Assembly: GCA_951406725.2 (NCBI GenBank)
Contig: OX597814.1
Coordinates: 60,140,001-60,204,000 of the forward strand
Length of the DNA: 64,000 bases
Origin: Octopus vulgaris
Taxonomy: Eukaryota
Reading direction: 5' to 3'
The notes beneath the pieces were generated by a model. It was not told where the DNA came from. It was given only the letters and a program-made list of their open reading frames with translations, and ran no database searches. A program made the translations under genes and the position numbers. Below are positions 1-13,073 of this stretch, in pieces (the stretch's first letter is position 1; each line of letters starts with the position of its first letter).

Positions 1-2508
1 GAAAGATTATCCTACAGAAAAAAAGCATTCAAAATATTTCTAGTAATATGTACGAAGACGAAGTTGGAAAATTATCAATAACCGTATGTACTTTCTAAGC
101 ATTAATTTACGTTGTGTCTTATATGGAGTAGTGTTGGATAACTCCTGATATGTGTCACTCTACATAAACATCTAGTACATAGAAATGATCCTCTCAGCTC
201 ACGGCTAGATTATCTTGATGAAATCAACTACCCTCTAAAATGTTACTCACCACTTGAGGCTTCTTAAGAGTCTCTAGTAGCATTCAGCTGGGAAGTAGAG
301 AGTAGACGAGAGTTGTGACATTACGTCTTGATGCTAAATGTGGCAGCAACGAGCACAAGAAAATTTATTGATCTTAGAGGAGAGAGTAGAAATCAAGTTG
401 TGGCTACAACCAACACGAAAAAGTTAACACCACAACAACAGAAGCATAATAAGTAATACATTGGCAAAAGCATTTGAAACAGTAATAACAGCAAAACAGA
501 GACTAACATCTTATCTCAGTATAACAGTTCTGCAACAATTATTGCCACAAAAGAATATTTGTTGGGACAAGAAAAACCAGTAAAGATCCTTCCTAAGTTG
601 AAAGCTGTAAGATTTGATAAAACCAATCTCATTAACAATTTTTGCATTAACCATTTCTTCCCTACTGCAACCAGCATCGAAACAGCAGCAAGAAAAAGTA
701 TGAACAATCAAACCAACTCCAGATCCACCACAGGTAAACACAGAAACACAACGATCAGAAAAATGGGCTCAACAAAATTAAAACCAGGAACATCATTTCC
801 ACTGATGGAAACATGCATAATATGAAGTTGATAATGTTCATTATGCCACTACAGAAACAAATCCACAAAGAGTAAAGGGCCTTGAGATTCATGTTTCTAA
901 AAGTCAACCAAGCAGTATTGACTGCGCATGCTTCTGGATTTGTGGGGGAAACATCCCACATGCTGTGGGAGTCGTAATACAGTAGTGGATGAACGACTTG
1001 TGTATGAGCTTTTAAAGGAAACACTCCCTGATAAATAGGCTAGCTGGTTTTCCTCAACACCAAAGTAAGTGACGTCTACTTACATTCAGATAGTATTGCT
1101 GAACTGATAAATTTACATTGAGTTGGCATTACAAGCAACGTCCGGATGCAGGTGTGATAGCAATTAATGGAATACAGATTTCCGGATCGTTAGCTCTCTT
1201 CGCAAATTGGTGTCGGCCGTGAATGGGTGGTGGTACGGAAGTGTTGTTTCGTAAAATATTAGATTTCATGGTGGAGATATTATGGAGGTACTTTCGTATT
1301 GTCGTTGTAGTTTTTCTTTTTACAATAGCTCAGCCCATCGAAAGAGTCTGCATTTAAAGATATTACAGCCATGATGTTGCTGTTATCCAGCCAAAGTGTA
1401 ACTGCAACAAAATTAAGTCCACAGCGTGTACATTTTAAAAACTATCTAGCTTTGATCTCTCATATGTTTAACAATGTGTGGGGCTCTGTTTTGTTTGCTT
1501 GTGTCTATGTATGAGCGTGTATTCTGGTGTTCATTTGTGATATGAATGTTTGCGCTGTATGTATGTATGTCAGTGCACATAAGAAACAAAGACCTACAGA
1601 AAGAGATGCATACAGATATAAATATAAATATTTCCTTACACCTCTAGCATATTCGTCGCTATCGTTTATACCTGAACAAAACTATAAATATCTGTCCACT
1701 ATCATAAAATCGTTCTATCATGCAAAAGAATTCATCGCAAAACGTGCCTTATTTGCAAATTACATCACAAAATGACTTCGAGGGGTATCAGAATATTTGG
1801 TTACGTTTTCTATATAAATTGGGAATAAATATAGAGATTTTGCGTTGGTATGGCACAACTACTGAGAAACTGGGAACCAGAATATAGGTTTTAACAGCTA
1901 TAATGGCGTTTTGGGCTTATAGACATTGTATATTCAGATAGATAGTAGTTATATAAATACCTGTTATCAACAAAACTCTCTGTAGCATTATCTACTACGC
2001 AATAATGTAATGTTTTAGTGGTGTTGCATCATAGCACTATTTACTTTTATTCGTTTTCTGACTATCGTTATATAAAGAGTTCAAATTCTTCCCTCGAATT
2101 TGTAAACATTGTAAATATCTAGTGCGGTACATCCTCGCAGTTACAAACAGTTTTCGCTTCAAACAGATGTTAACTCCCCAGAGACGGTCTGCCTAACCTA
2201 TTGTATCTAATATTGCTTATGAAATCTACAAGCCTTCAATTACATTCCAGTGTTGATTAATTGCTCTAAATTGATAAGAATTGATTGGATAATAATAAAC
2301 GTCTGGCTCTTACAGACTTGATTGACAGAAATATTTGGAATAAAACCTTCATGGGGTATGTTATACAACACCATGTAATACACAAGTTATACAAATTCAT
2401 AATGAATAGATGTTTCCGATAAAGGGTGTATATTTGAGTATATGTGTGTCTCTATATCGGTTTTCATGTTTAGAAGTGTAAATTACAGCATACTCATAAA
2501 CTCACACA

Positions 2509-2651
<143 letters not shown>

Positions 2652-3205
2652 GGAATGAGAGATTTGAGTGTATAATTATCACCCATATACGTATGTGGGT
2701 GGCGGGGGTGGGGGTGTTTGTGGATATGGATGTGTGTACATATATAAGTATTAAATTGTGTGCAAACGTATAAGATATATAATGAATACTTATCCGCGCA
2801 AATGTGTGCCATTTGTTCCGTTTTATTCCGTCGACCGAAAAGAGCCAGCGTCTTAAACCGGGTTTCCTTTCTGTTTAGAAGCATCCTCCAAGACTATCTA
2901 CCTCTCTTTCTAGTCACATAGGAATACGTAGCTAGTAGCATTAAAACGATGCCAAATACGCTAGCATCAAAGAATTAGAAGTTTTAATTTACATAAGTTT
3001 TAGTACGTACTCAAGTGACAAATATAATTAAAAACTAAATGTTCTGCTCTAAGCAACTGCGAAAGAGTACAAGATTTCATCGAAGTTATGTGTTCAAACA
3101 GATGGGGACTGATCAGGTAGATATGTTAATTATTATTATACACGTTCAGTAACTTTCTTATTATCCTTCTAAATCTTCCAGCATACTTATTTTGCTCATA
3201 GGAAA

Positions 3206-4237
3206 TCTTTATATATATAAAACTGAGAATGTGTGTCTGTCTGTCTGTCTGTGTGTTTCCCTAAAACTTGAGAACTACACAACCAATTTAATTCAAATTT
3301 TACACATGCCTTACTTAGGGTCCGGGGAGTGTCATCGGGAAAAAAATGTTCAACTTCTTGCCTAGAGCGAGCCCATAGCAATATCATATCTTCTCCACTA
3401 TTTTACGTGTTAAAAGTGAAACAAAAACATTTCTCTATTTTATGTCAGATACTTTCACTTTAACAATAAAAATAATAATAACAATTGAATTATATGTAGT
3501 AAGTAATAATTAAAATCAAACTAAAGTATAATATAATCGTAACATAACAAAAGTAAAAATAGTAATTGGTATAAAATTGCATCAATGATTTGAACTTGAG
3601 TAAGTGGTTTCACATGAATGGGAATAAATTAAAAATAAAATTAGCGTGCAGAAATGGAATAGTCCAGATAGATAATAAAAAATTAAATTAAAGAAAAGAC
3701 TATTGTCTATGAGGTATACAATGTAGAGAAAAAAGAAGATTTGAACACATGGAGAAAAGCACCTTCGGAAAGTGTCTGGGTGCGACTATGAAAGGTATTT
3801 AATCAGAGGCGGTAAATTCGCCACAATAGAAGCAAGGTTCGAGTCAACGGAGCGTGCAAGGGAGTACTCGACTCGAACTTGCAAAGTGGAAATATTTTAT
3901 TTTTACCTTTATATCTGGGACGTAGGACGTCCCGGAAAAAATAAAAAATGCCCCCACCCCAACCCAGAAGTAGAGGTAGGCTGGATTGTAGCCACACTTC
4001 TATACAAGAGGGAGGACAAGATACAATTGAGCGAAATTACAAGAGACGGGCTAACAATTCCAGTCTATTATATATTTGAGAATTGTTATCACTAGCCGCA
4101 TCAAGATATAACTTTGTATTTTGTATTTTATGTGTAGATGTATATATATAGATGTACATGTAATATGTACACATATATATACACATATACACAGGCAGTA
4201 GCACTATGACCCGGCATCGACGGGTCTTTAATGCTAG
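3206..4237 (+). mobile_element. Non-autonomous Helitron, about 1.03 kb, both termini present
   Basis: 5' end A|TCTTTATATATATAAAA followed by a (GTCT)n tract. 3' hairpin GACCCG-gcatcga-CGGGTC (4208-4226), then CTAG|T at 4234-4238. Inserted between A and T with no target duplication. Confidence 0.85.
3690..4060 (+). pseudogene. Frameshifted coding fragment resembling a non-LTR retrotransposon ORF1 (gag-like), inside the Helitron
   Basis: Joined frames read YLIRGGKFATIEARFESTERAREYST / LQSGNILFLPLYLGRRTSRK / PEVEVGWIVATLL. GC-richer than the flanks. Family assignment is from pattern recall only. Confidence 0.4.
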
Positions 4238-4257
4238 TATATATATATAAAGATAAA

Positions 4258-4511
4258 AATAATAAACGCTTCCTTCTCGACCATGCCAGGCTCATAAGGG
4301 CCAGCTTCCTGGTTTCAATGACGTATATATTCCCCACCGGGACAGGATGCCGGCCAGTCACAGGATTACTCATTTTGGTTAAATGGACTGGTGCAACGTG
4401 AAATGAGGTGTTTTGCTCAGGAACACGACGCATCCCCCAGTCCAGGCATCAAAACCAAAATCTCACAATCATGAGTCCAATACCCCTAACCACTAAGCCA
4501 CACGCCTCCAC
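4258..4511 (-). mobile_element. tRNA-derived SINE, family A
   Basis: Minus strand starts GTGGAGGCGTGTGGCTTAGTGGTTAGG (A box), has a degenerate B box and a TGAGCAAAACAC core; homologous to 26701-26923. Confidence 0.85.
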
Positions 4512-4537
4512 TATCGATCTATCTATCTATCTATCTA

Positions 4538-4578
<41 letters not shown>

Positions 4579-4657
4579 GTATATATACATACATGTATAT
4601 ATACACATATACGCATACACACACACACACATATATGTATGTATGTATATATATATT

Positions 4658-5446
4658 TGGAGTAGTTGAAACAGGGACAACTGAAGAAGGGGAATATTCT
4701 TTATGCTTTATGTCTCGTTTATCTATTTGTTTGCCTTTTTTTCGTTGTATATATTTATATATTATATTTATTATTATATGATCAAACGCCACGTATCCTT
4801 TCCCAAGTAAGTTTTATCTTCATAATTATGATGCGCACTCTTGTATCTTTACTATCTCTTCTCTATCTATCTCTTCTCTATCTATCTCTCTCCCTCTCTT
4901 GATCATCCTTTCTGGTTTTCTCTCCTAACCTTCTCTATTCTTCTCCTCTCCTCGTCACCGTTCCCTCTCTCTCCGTTCCTCGACTACCTCGTCGCTAAAA
5001 CGTGACGAAAGAGAATCTAGCTTTCTACCCACAACCTTCGTAAAGACTAAACGTGCTTATACTGTCTCCTTCATAAGCACGTCTTCCTAAGCGTTCATAA
5101 TAATTCTTCTATCGTCTTGGGCTAACCGTTTGTTTTTACTGTTTTGTTTTCATTCTTCTGTTCTTGTTACCACTTTCAACCTCCGCAAAAAAACCCAAAT
5201 TTTATTTAATTTGCTTTGCGGGAAGGACTGTTTCAAAGAAGTCGCTTCTTTTCCTTGCCTTCGAAACGTGGAGTAGTTGAAACAAGGACAACTGAAGAAG
5301 GGGAATATTTTTTATGTTGTATGTCTCGTTTCTCTGTTTGTTTGTTTTATCATTGTTCGAAAAAAGTTCGTTTCTATGTTATTGTTTTTATGTTTTCGTT
5401 TCGCTCTGTGTTCAACGTTTTTTTGATGTCCTGTACCCACATATGC
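4658..5446 (+). mobile_element. TA-embedded non-coding repeat with partial terminal duplication (Penelope pLTR-like)
   Basis: 4658-4745 is a direct copy of about 5269-5355; the body is homologous to 9755-10402; flanked by (TA)n. Confidence 0.6.
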
Positions 5447-5521
5447 ATGTATATATACATATATATGTAGATGTAGGTATGTACATATATGCATGTATAT
5501 ATGCATATTTATATTTTATAT

Positions 5522-5588
<67 letters not shown>

Positions 5589-7343
5589 GATAACTTGACA
5601 AGCGGTGCCGAGTTTTACGGTTCTGTAAATAATATCTTAAAAGCTTAAAGTTTACAAGCGGTCACCTTGTGGTGATACATAAAATAATCTAATTTGGGGG
5701 CATTGGGGGCATATAACGGAAGGAAATCAGTGGGGCTGATTTCATGAAAAGTGTGCTGCCCATGTACCCACTCGCTTCTATCAGTCAGATTTAAGAACTA
5801 TAATTTCATAGTGCGGTTTTTATAACCGAAGGGGCATGTACGTTTTCTGCGATGATTTGCTAAGTGGTGTCGAGTTTTACAATTCTCTATATAAAAATAA
5901 TAATTTTTCTCCTAAAGATACAAAGCCTGAAATTTGGTTGGAGGGGACTAGTCCATTATCTCGAGTGTAGATTGTTGTGTCTGGGTGAGACTTGGAGTCA
6001 ACTTGTACAAACACAAAGCAAAAGTCAAACAAATAATAACATTAATAATTATCATATTTTTATGCTTAATATAAACTTAATATTCTTATAATCTTAAAGC
6101 TTATAATTGATCACCGTATATTGCCTAAAGATATATCGATCCCGAAATGATTAAAGATGAAGTCGAACTCACCGGAAATTTTTTTTAAATCTGTTAATCA
6201 TTCTGCCCGATAGGATAACGATTCTACCATTTTATATACTTAAAACAGAGAAGCAGATGCAAAACAAATGTGGAAAGGGAAATATTGCCGACAATTTCAG
6301 CCCATATCTGTTTATCTTCACAATGCGCCTAACTACATTATTATTTCCATATTTTCTGATCTGAGTTATTTCTTATGTTTGTCTGAACTTATTTCTCTAC
6401 TTATGTATTTTGAGATTTTTTTCTTTTTCTTTTATTTTTGTTCGCGTTGTATGAGGAAGTGTGCGGATATGTTTGCATAAACGTATATATACATAATGGG
6501 GTGTAAAATATAAGTCTACGTTAAATGCCAGACATATATCGATGAAATATAGATTCACTTCAGTCCCAAACTGACACTTACAAGATATATGACAAGAAGT
6601 CAATATGGCTAAACGTTAAATCGTTTCCATCCTCCTGCAAGAGTAAAACGAAAATTGCATGTGAAGCAAATACATTTTTTCAAAAAAAATATTGGGTTTT
6701 TTAGCTTTTTACTTGTTACTTTTTGTATTATTTATGTTTGTTATTTTTTGTTCTTTTATATATTTGTAATTTCTGTTTCATTTCTCTCCGAATGCTGTTA
6801 TAGAAATGTTCTCATTTAATTTTCCAATACATCTATCACTTCCGATCTATCATGGCAAATTCAAATTATTTAACACTAAAATAAAAACATGTTACTACTG
6901 GTGCACTATGAATGCATTTATTTTTGTCCTTATCGTTACTGCTGTTTCTGACGCTTTCATTTATATATTATTTTCTTTCAAGCCGAACATAATCCTATTA
7001 GTCAAATTATGTTTGAAACACACATCCTAATTAGCATATACGTTTGGAGTTTCGTATCTTGAGTGATTTCATTTACGCACCTGTATAGACATACATATAT
7101 TAAGATAGGTATATATGCATGTTCCCAAAATCAAATCGACAGAGATTGATTTGCAGGTCGCATGTAAATTGTGTGAATGAAACGAATGACATCAGCAAAA
7201 CGTTTCAGAAATTTAATTATTAAGCATACACATACGCACTACATAAAAACGTCAAACACACACACACACACACATACACATACACATATATACACACACA
7301 TACACGCACACATATATACACACACATACACACACATGCACAC

Positions 7344-7454
<111 letters not shown>

Positions 7455-7909
7455 CTATCATGTATGCGCTTTAGGGCAAGCAACGAAGCTACAACCTGCT
7501 CACTAGATCTACAAAAAGTACCGACGAAGTCTCATGTCACATCTGTTTAAAAAAAAGGCTATGACATATAGTTTGGTTGTGGCTATATCTCGTTCTAAGG
7601 GAATCAGATAACCATTTCCCTTGCCCAGCTGCCAATTGGCGAATGGCTGAGTAACCCAAGATTTATACTTACATTTGTCCACACTAGACATGAGTGAGTA
7701 CTTGGCTGTTTTAACGACGGTTGTCAGCGGAGTGGTGTTTCCTTTGTCTTCTTTTATCTTCCTATTTTTTCAAGGTGTCTGGCCATATATTTTCTGTAAC
7801 TAAGGCAGTCTATTCACTCATTAATGTTCATTTCTTCCAGTAAATGTTATGGGGAGGGGCATAGTAGATGATATACTTCGAAATTCAACGCTATGGATAC
7901 ATACATTTA

Positions 7910-8181
7910 TAATTCTTTCTTAGAGGGCCAGCAATTTTGATGATAAGTCGATTAAATCTACCCCTGTACTTGAATGTTACTTATTTTATCTACTGCGAGA
8001 GTGGTGAAAGGCAAATTCGAGTATAGGTCTGAAATTTGGTGTTGAATGGAAGTCCATGACATCGATCCCTGAGCTCAAAAGAATGAAGGACAAAGTCGAA
8101 CTCAGAAGGGTTTAAACTCAAAAGTGAGGAATCAAAGTGAATGTCATCAAGCATCCGGCATGCCAACGATTCTGCCAGCTC
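7910..8181 (-). mobile_element. Two degenerate SINE family B fragments in tandem
   Basis: AACGATTCTGCCAGCTC head at the right end; GAAGGACAAAGTCGA and GAAAGGCAAATTCGA cores match 26943-27170. Confidence 0.65.
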
Positions 8182-9107
8182 AACATGTATATTTAGAATA
8201 AGATACATACATATATACATATATAAACATACACGTACGTTTGAGAATTCTTTAAGCGAACCAACTATATCAGTGGAATGTTAATATTATTGAATTCTAA
8301 AAATACAAGTGAAGTTATTTATCTTGTCATACGGAATTCTTGGTTAAAGATCGTTCATTGTAAAATTTCAGTATGTTACGCATTCAAATTAGTAGATTGT
8401 GCATAGAAAATATAAGCTAGAATTATATATCATGCAAAGGCACACAAAAAAAATAGAGGCAAACATAAAATTATAAACAATTACTCTAATATTTTAAGCA
8501 ACACTTCCTCGAATAAAATTTTCTTTTCTTTTTTTATATGTATATAAATTCCCTTTTATGCTCATGTAATTTCAAGGAAGATGGCCCGCTATATTCTTTT
8601 CAGTTATATTTTACTTTTCATTTTAAAGAATTAAAAATATCTTTGTGCATATGTTTATGACATTACCTATAAATTTTAGTCATATATTAATGACGCACAT
8701 TCAAAAATAGAAACAGTATGTTTGTGTCAATGGCTCGGTTGCCATAGATAAATCAATCAGATTTTCTTGTAGAGTTTAAAATACGCGAAGAAAATGTCAC
8801 TTTATATAAAGTCATGAATGATCTACTTTCCGCTACTCCCACTCTCTCACATTCTCCCTCTCTCCACCCACCTATATACGTATATATACACACATGGGAG
8901 AAGTATATGTTTATGTGCATGTATGTGTATATATATATATATATAACGGGAAGCTTTATGAAAATAAACAAAAGATGAAGGCAGGTGGAATACAAACAAA
9001 CATATATATATCAATAAATTTGAGGGTAGCAAGAAATTCTAGAAAAATTCTCCGCCACTAGCGGTCAAGTGAGAAAGAAAAGATAGTCAATAGATTATAT
9101 TATATAC

Positions 9108-9315
9108 ATTCAAATATATAAGGAATGGCCATAATAGGACATTCAACTCACTAGAAAAGAGCAGCCAAACTCCAAACCACTAATAGTTGTAATTCTGAAA
9201 TGGTAAACGTTTTTATTTCTTTCCATTTCAGAATTACAACTATTAGTGGTTTGGAGTTTGGCTGCTCTTTCTAGTGAGTTGAATGTCCTATTATGGCCAT
9301 TCCTTATATATTTGA

Positions 9316-9317
<2 letters not shown>
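9108..9317. repeat. Foldback (long inverted repeat) between TA tracts
   Basis: Arms 9108-9203 and 9223-9317 are reverse complements apart from one indel; 19-nt spacer. Confidence 0.95.
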
Positions 9318-9371
<54 letters not shown>

Positions 9372-9637
9372 TTACATGCATACGTAATCGGTGGACGCAC
9401 GCAGTTGTCGAGTGGTACCCGCGCGAGCGGGGAAGACCACCCGGAAGACCTCCATGACAGTGGAGTTACGATTTCAGGAGGACCATTGGGATCACGTGGA
9501 TGAGAAAGGCGCGATCCAGAGAGGAGTGAACAGCGTGCTGTGACCAGCGGTGTCAAATGGACGCCTGACGCACTGGTCAGTCAAGGTGATCAAGGTGAAT
9601 TATATAATACTTACATACGAATGTATATAGCCATAAA

Positions 9638-9733
<96 letters not shown>

Positions 9734-9754
9734 CATATATATGCTATTTATATT

Positions 9755-10402
9755 ATTATTTCATTGAACATCACGCATCCATTTCCAAGTAAGTTTATCT
9801 TAACCATTTTGATGCGACTCTATACTGTTTTCCCCCCCATGCCCTATAATTCCCTTTTTCCCCTTTCACTCTTTTCTATCTGTCTCTCTCCTCCTCTTTC
9901 TCATTTTTCTCACTCTCTCGTTGCTCACACGTGACCATCGTCAATCTTTCTTTTCTTCACGTGACTATCTTTCTTTCCTGCACGGAGCTTCTAAAGACTG
10001 GACATCTCGTAGCTCTATCTTCTATATTTCCCTTTTCAAACAAATACTTCTCGGAGTTTACTATTTTCCCTTGTTCAGGTCTAATGACTCGCCATGTTTG
10101 TTTTCGTTCGGTTTCCCTGTATGTCTCCACTGCCCTGTTTTTGTTCCTAACTTGACTCTCCATAAATCCCAATTTTTATTTTGGTATTTATGGCAGCAAC
10201 TGTCTTCGAAGACTCATATTGTCGTTTATTGCTCGAAATGGGGAGAAGATAGACAGGCAACGACTGATGAAGGGTCGTTCTTTATATTCTTTATATTATT
10301 TGTCTTGTTTTCCATTTTCCTCTCCTTATTTGCGTATTTAACTCATTTGTTTTCGTAATTCATGTTGTTTGCTGTTGGTGACATCCTGTACCCATATATG
10401 CG
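9755..10402 (+). mobile_element. Diverged second copy of the 4780-5446 TA-embedded repeat
   Basis: Shared blocks CCAAGTAAGTTT..ATCTT, GATGCG.ACTC, CCCAA.TTTTATTT, CTGANGAAGGG and TCCTGTACCCA.ATATGC in the same order. Confidence 0.7.
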
Positions 10403-10478
<76 letters not shown>

Positions 10479-10928
10479 GTATGTATATGTATATATGTAT
10501 GTGTATATAAATCTCTATTGATTCCCCAGAATTACAGAGTTCAATACGTTTACAGCACTCCTTAATATATTATAACGGAAAGTCATCCGATTTCAGTACT
10601 CTGAATTTCACATTGCCAATCCTTCTGCTTGTAGGCTTAGCCTGCTTTCCATTTGGAATATTTTCAATAGAATATTTTTATGAAATATAATATGAACTGT
10701 ATGAACGTAACACTTACTTGATGAGTATCTCCACAGTCAAAATTTAAACACTGAATGCCCACAGCAATATATTATACAGCTATCAAAGGTATAGTATTAT
10801 TATGGGTGAGTATGTGCACCTATGTAGTAAAACTTAGGCGAAGTTTGATTAAGCTCATGCGAGAGATAAAGTTGTAACATCAAGATGTACAGATCAAAGG
10901 ATGTGTTTATCGTACAAGGAAAGAACTC

Positions 10929-10965
10929 TTTATTATTATTATTAGTAGTAGTAGTAGTAGTAGTT

Positions 10966-11040
<75 letters not shown>

Positions 11041-11043
11041 TAG
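10929..11043. repeat. (TTA)n(TAG)n microsatellite
   Basis: Directly visible. Confidence 0.95.
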
Positions 11044-11369
11044 TTCAACATGTGGTAGTTTCAGGCAAATTTCTACCACATCATTTGCTACACACCGTGT
11101 TGTTGGAGTATGTACAGCACTGTGTGTTCTTTGTAGTGGTTGGAGGAATTCAGACTTTTTATGATATTGTATTGTGTCAGTTTCTTTCGTTATGGTGTAT
11201 GTTGCAGTCTTTTGTTGTACTAGTATTTGTATTATATGTTGTGTGTGTAATGCGTTGGGTAATCGGCCTGCTGGTGGTTGTTTATTTTATTGCATATTTG
11301 CTATCTTAGAGTGTGTTTTGTGTTTGTAGATTGTTTGTTTGGCTTTTGTTATTTAATTGATAGTGTCTT

Positions 11370-11524
11370 TCGTAGGAAGTGGACCGTTACTCACAGGGCC
11401 CTTTTTTAAATAGCTTCTACGATTTTCTTCATATGCTTGCTTTTATCGTGTCCGGTACTCCAATTATTACTAATATTGTTTTCACCTTCATGCCCCACAC
11501 TTTGAATGCTTCAATCGCCCAATC
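11370..11524 (-). mobile_element. RLE non-LTR retrotransposon C-terminal fragment (old)
   Basis: Minus translation DWAIEAFKVWGMKVKTILVIIGVPDTIK aligns with DLEIEVTRMWNLKTETIPIIVGALGMIK of the 17.6-kb copy. Confidence 0.65.
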
Positions 11525-11593
11525 ATTATTACTATTATTATTTTTATGATTTTTATTATCACCAGTATCATTATTATTATTATTATTATTATT

Positions 11594-11625
<32 letters not shown>

Positions 11626-11694
11626 TAGTAGTAGTAGTAGTAGTAGTAACGCGGTGAGCTGGCAGAATCGTTGGCACACCGGGCAAAATGCTTA

Positions 11695-11890
11695 TTCACA
11701 ACGGCAATGTCCAGTTTCTGATGTCTGGTCAGATGATCGCACTATATCATTGTATCTCACAGGATTTTGCAATTCTTATTCCAGGTGATTCCTTCTGAGT
11801 TTTGCTCACACCACGTCTTTGCTATTTCTAGGCCGTAATTTCCACACAGCTCCCAATGGAGCATTCTTGACACATTGTCATGATGGTTTT
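11695..11890 (-). mobile_element. RLE non-LTR retrotransposon fragment (RHD to PDIV region), abutting a SINE B head at 11650-11694
   Basis: Minus translation approximately HHDNVSRMLHWELCGNYGLEIAKTWCEQNSEGITWNKNCKIL..TMI.CDHLTRHQKLDIAVVN. Confidence 0.7.
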
Positions 11891-11895
11891 TATTA

Positions 11896-11956
<61 letters not shown>

Positions 11957-11970
11957 CATTATTATTATTA

Positions 11971-12120
11971 TTCAGTAGTATATTTTTTTATATCGTGCTT
12001 TCACTTCACTACCGAGCGCAGCTCTGTGTGCTTTTGGTACATGCTGTGATTTGTTGTGATGCTCTGATGGTTATTGTATGGAAAGTAGGATGCGTGCAGT
12101 GCCTAGTAGTGCAATTTTCT

Positions 12121-12123
<3 letters not shown>
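11971..12123 (-). mobile_element. R4/Dong-like LINE, short 3' fragment in a TAA array
   Basis: Encodes IQKIALLGTARIL plus the 3' UTR matching 17815-17981; (TTA)n on both sides. Confidence 0.9.
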
Positions 12124-12171
<48 letters not shown>

Positions 12172-12248
12172 ACCTCATTATTAGTATTATTATTATTATC
12201 ATCATTATCAGTATTATTATCATTATTATTATTATTATCATCACTATT

Positions 12249-12280
<32 letters not shown>

Positions 12281-12294
12281 CATCATTATTATTA

Positions 12295-12992
12295 TTCAGT
12301 AGTCATATTTTTATCGCGTGCTTTCACTGCACTACCGAGCGCAGATCTGTGTGCCTTGGGTATGCGCTGTGATCTGTTGTGATGCTCTTATTTTCACAGT
12401 ATTGAAAGTGTTTTACTTAAGATGTGAGCGATGTCAAGTTGTGCTACTTTCTCTATGTTATACATATTGTATGTCCTCGTTTTATTTTTGTCATGCCTAA
12501 TGCGCCAACTATGAAAGAAATTGTTTCCGTTTTTAGACTCCACGTTCGAGTTACCTGTATTTCCCGATCTTTGTATTGTGGAAGTTGCTCCTTTTCTCAT
12601 AGAAGAACATTGTCATCTGTTGGCATTGATACATCGGTTAGAAAGCATTTTTTATTCTTGCGACCTCTGACAACTATATCCGTCTTATTGGCCTTGATTT
12701 CTCTATTTGTGTGTATTGGCATATTCCAGATTACGTTTGCTTTTCTGACATGAGCCTACACCATCTTTTTTCTGTTGTTATTCTATAGTGATGGTATAGC
12801 TTCCAGTATATATAGGTCACAACTCTGTCGTGTCTGTGAATATATTCCTTCTTGACCAGAACTGGGCAGCCTGAGACAATATGATTTATTGTTTCTTCTC
12901 CATCACCACTTATTCTGCAGTTACTTGTTTTTCTTTTCGTTACGTGGTTTTGGCGATTTCTGGTGGGAAGGCTTTGATCTTGTGCTGCAATT
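12295..12992 (-). mobile_element. R4/Dong-like LINE, 5'-truncated diverged copy in a TAA array
   Basis: Reverse complement is homologous to 17230-17981 (IAAQDQ, CCHC knuckle, RHD, PDIV, 3' UTR). Confidence 0.9.
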
Positions 12993-13010
12993 ATTATTAT
13001 TATTATTATG

Positions 13011-13073
<63 letters not shown>

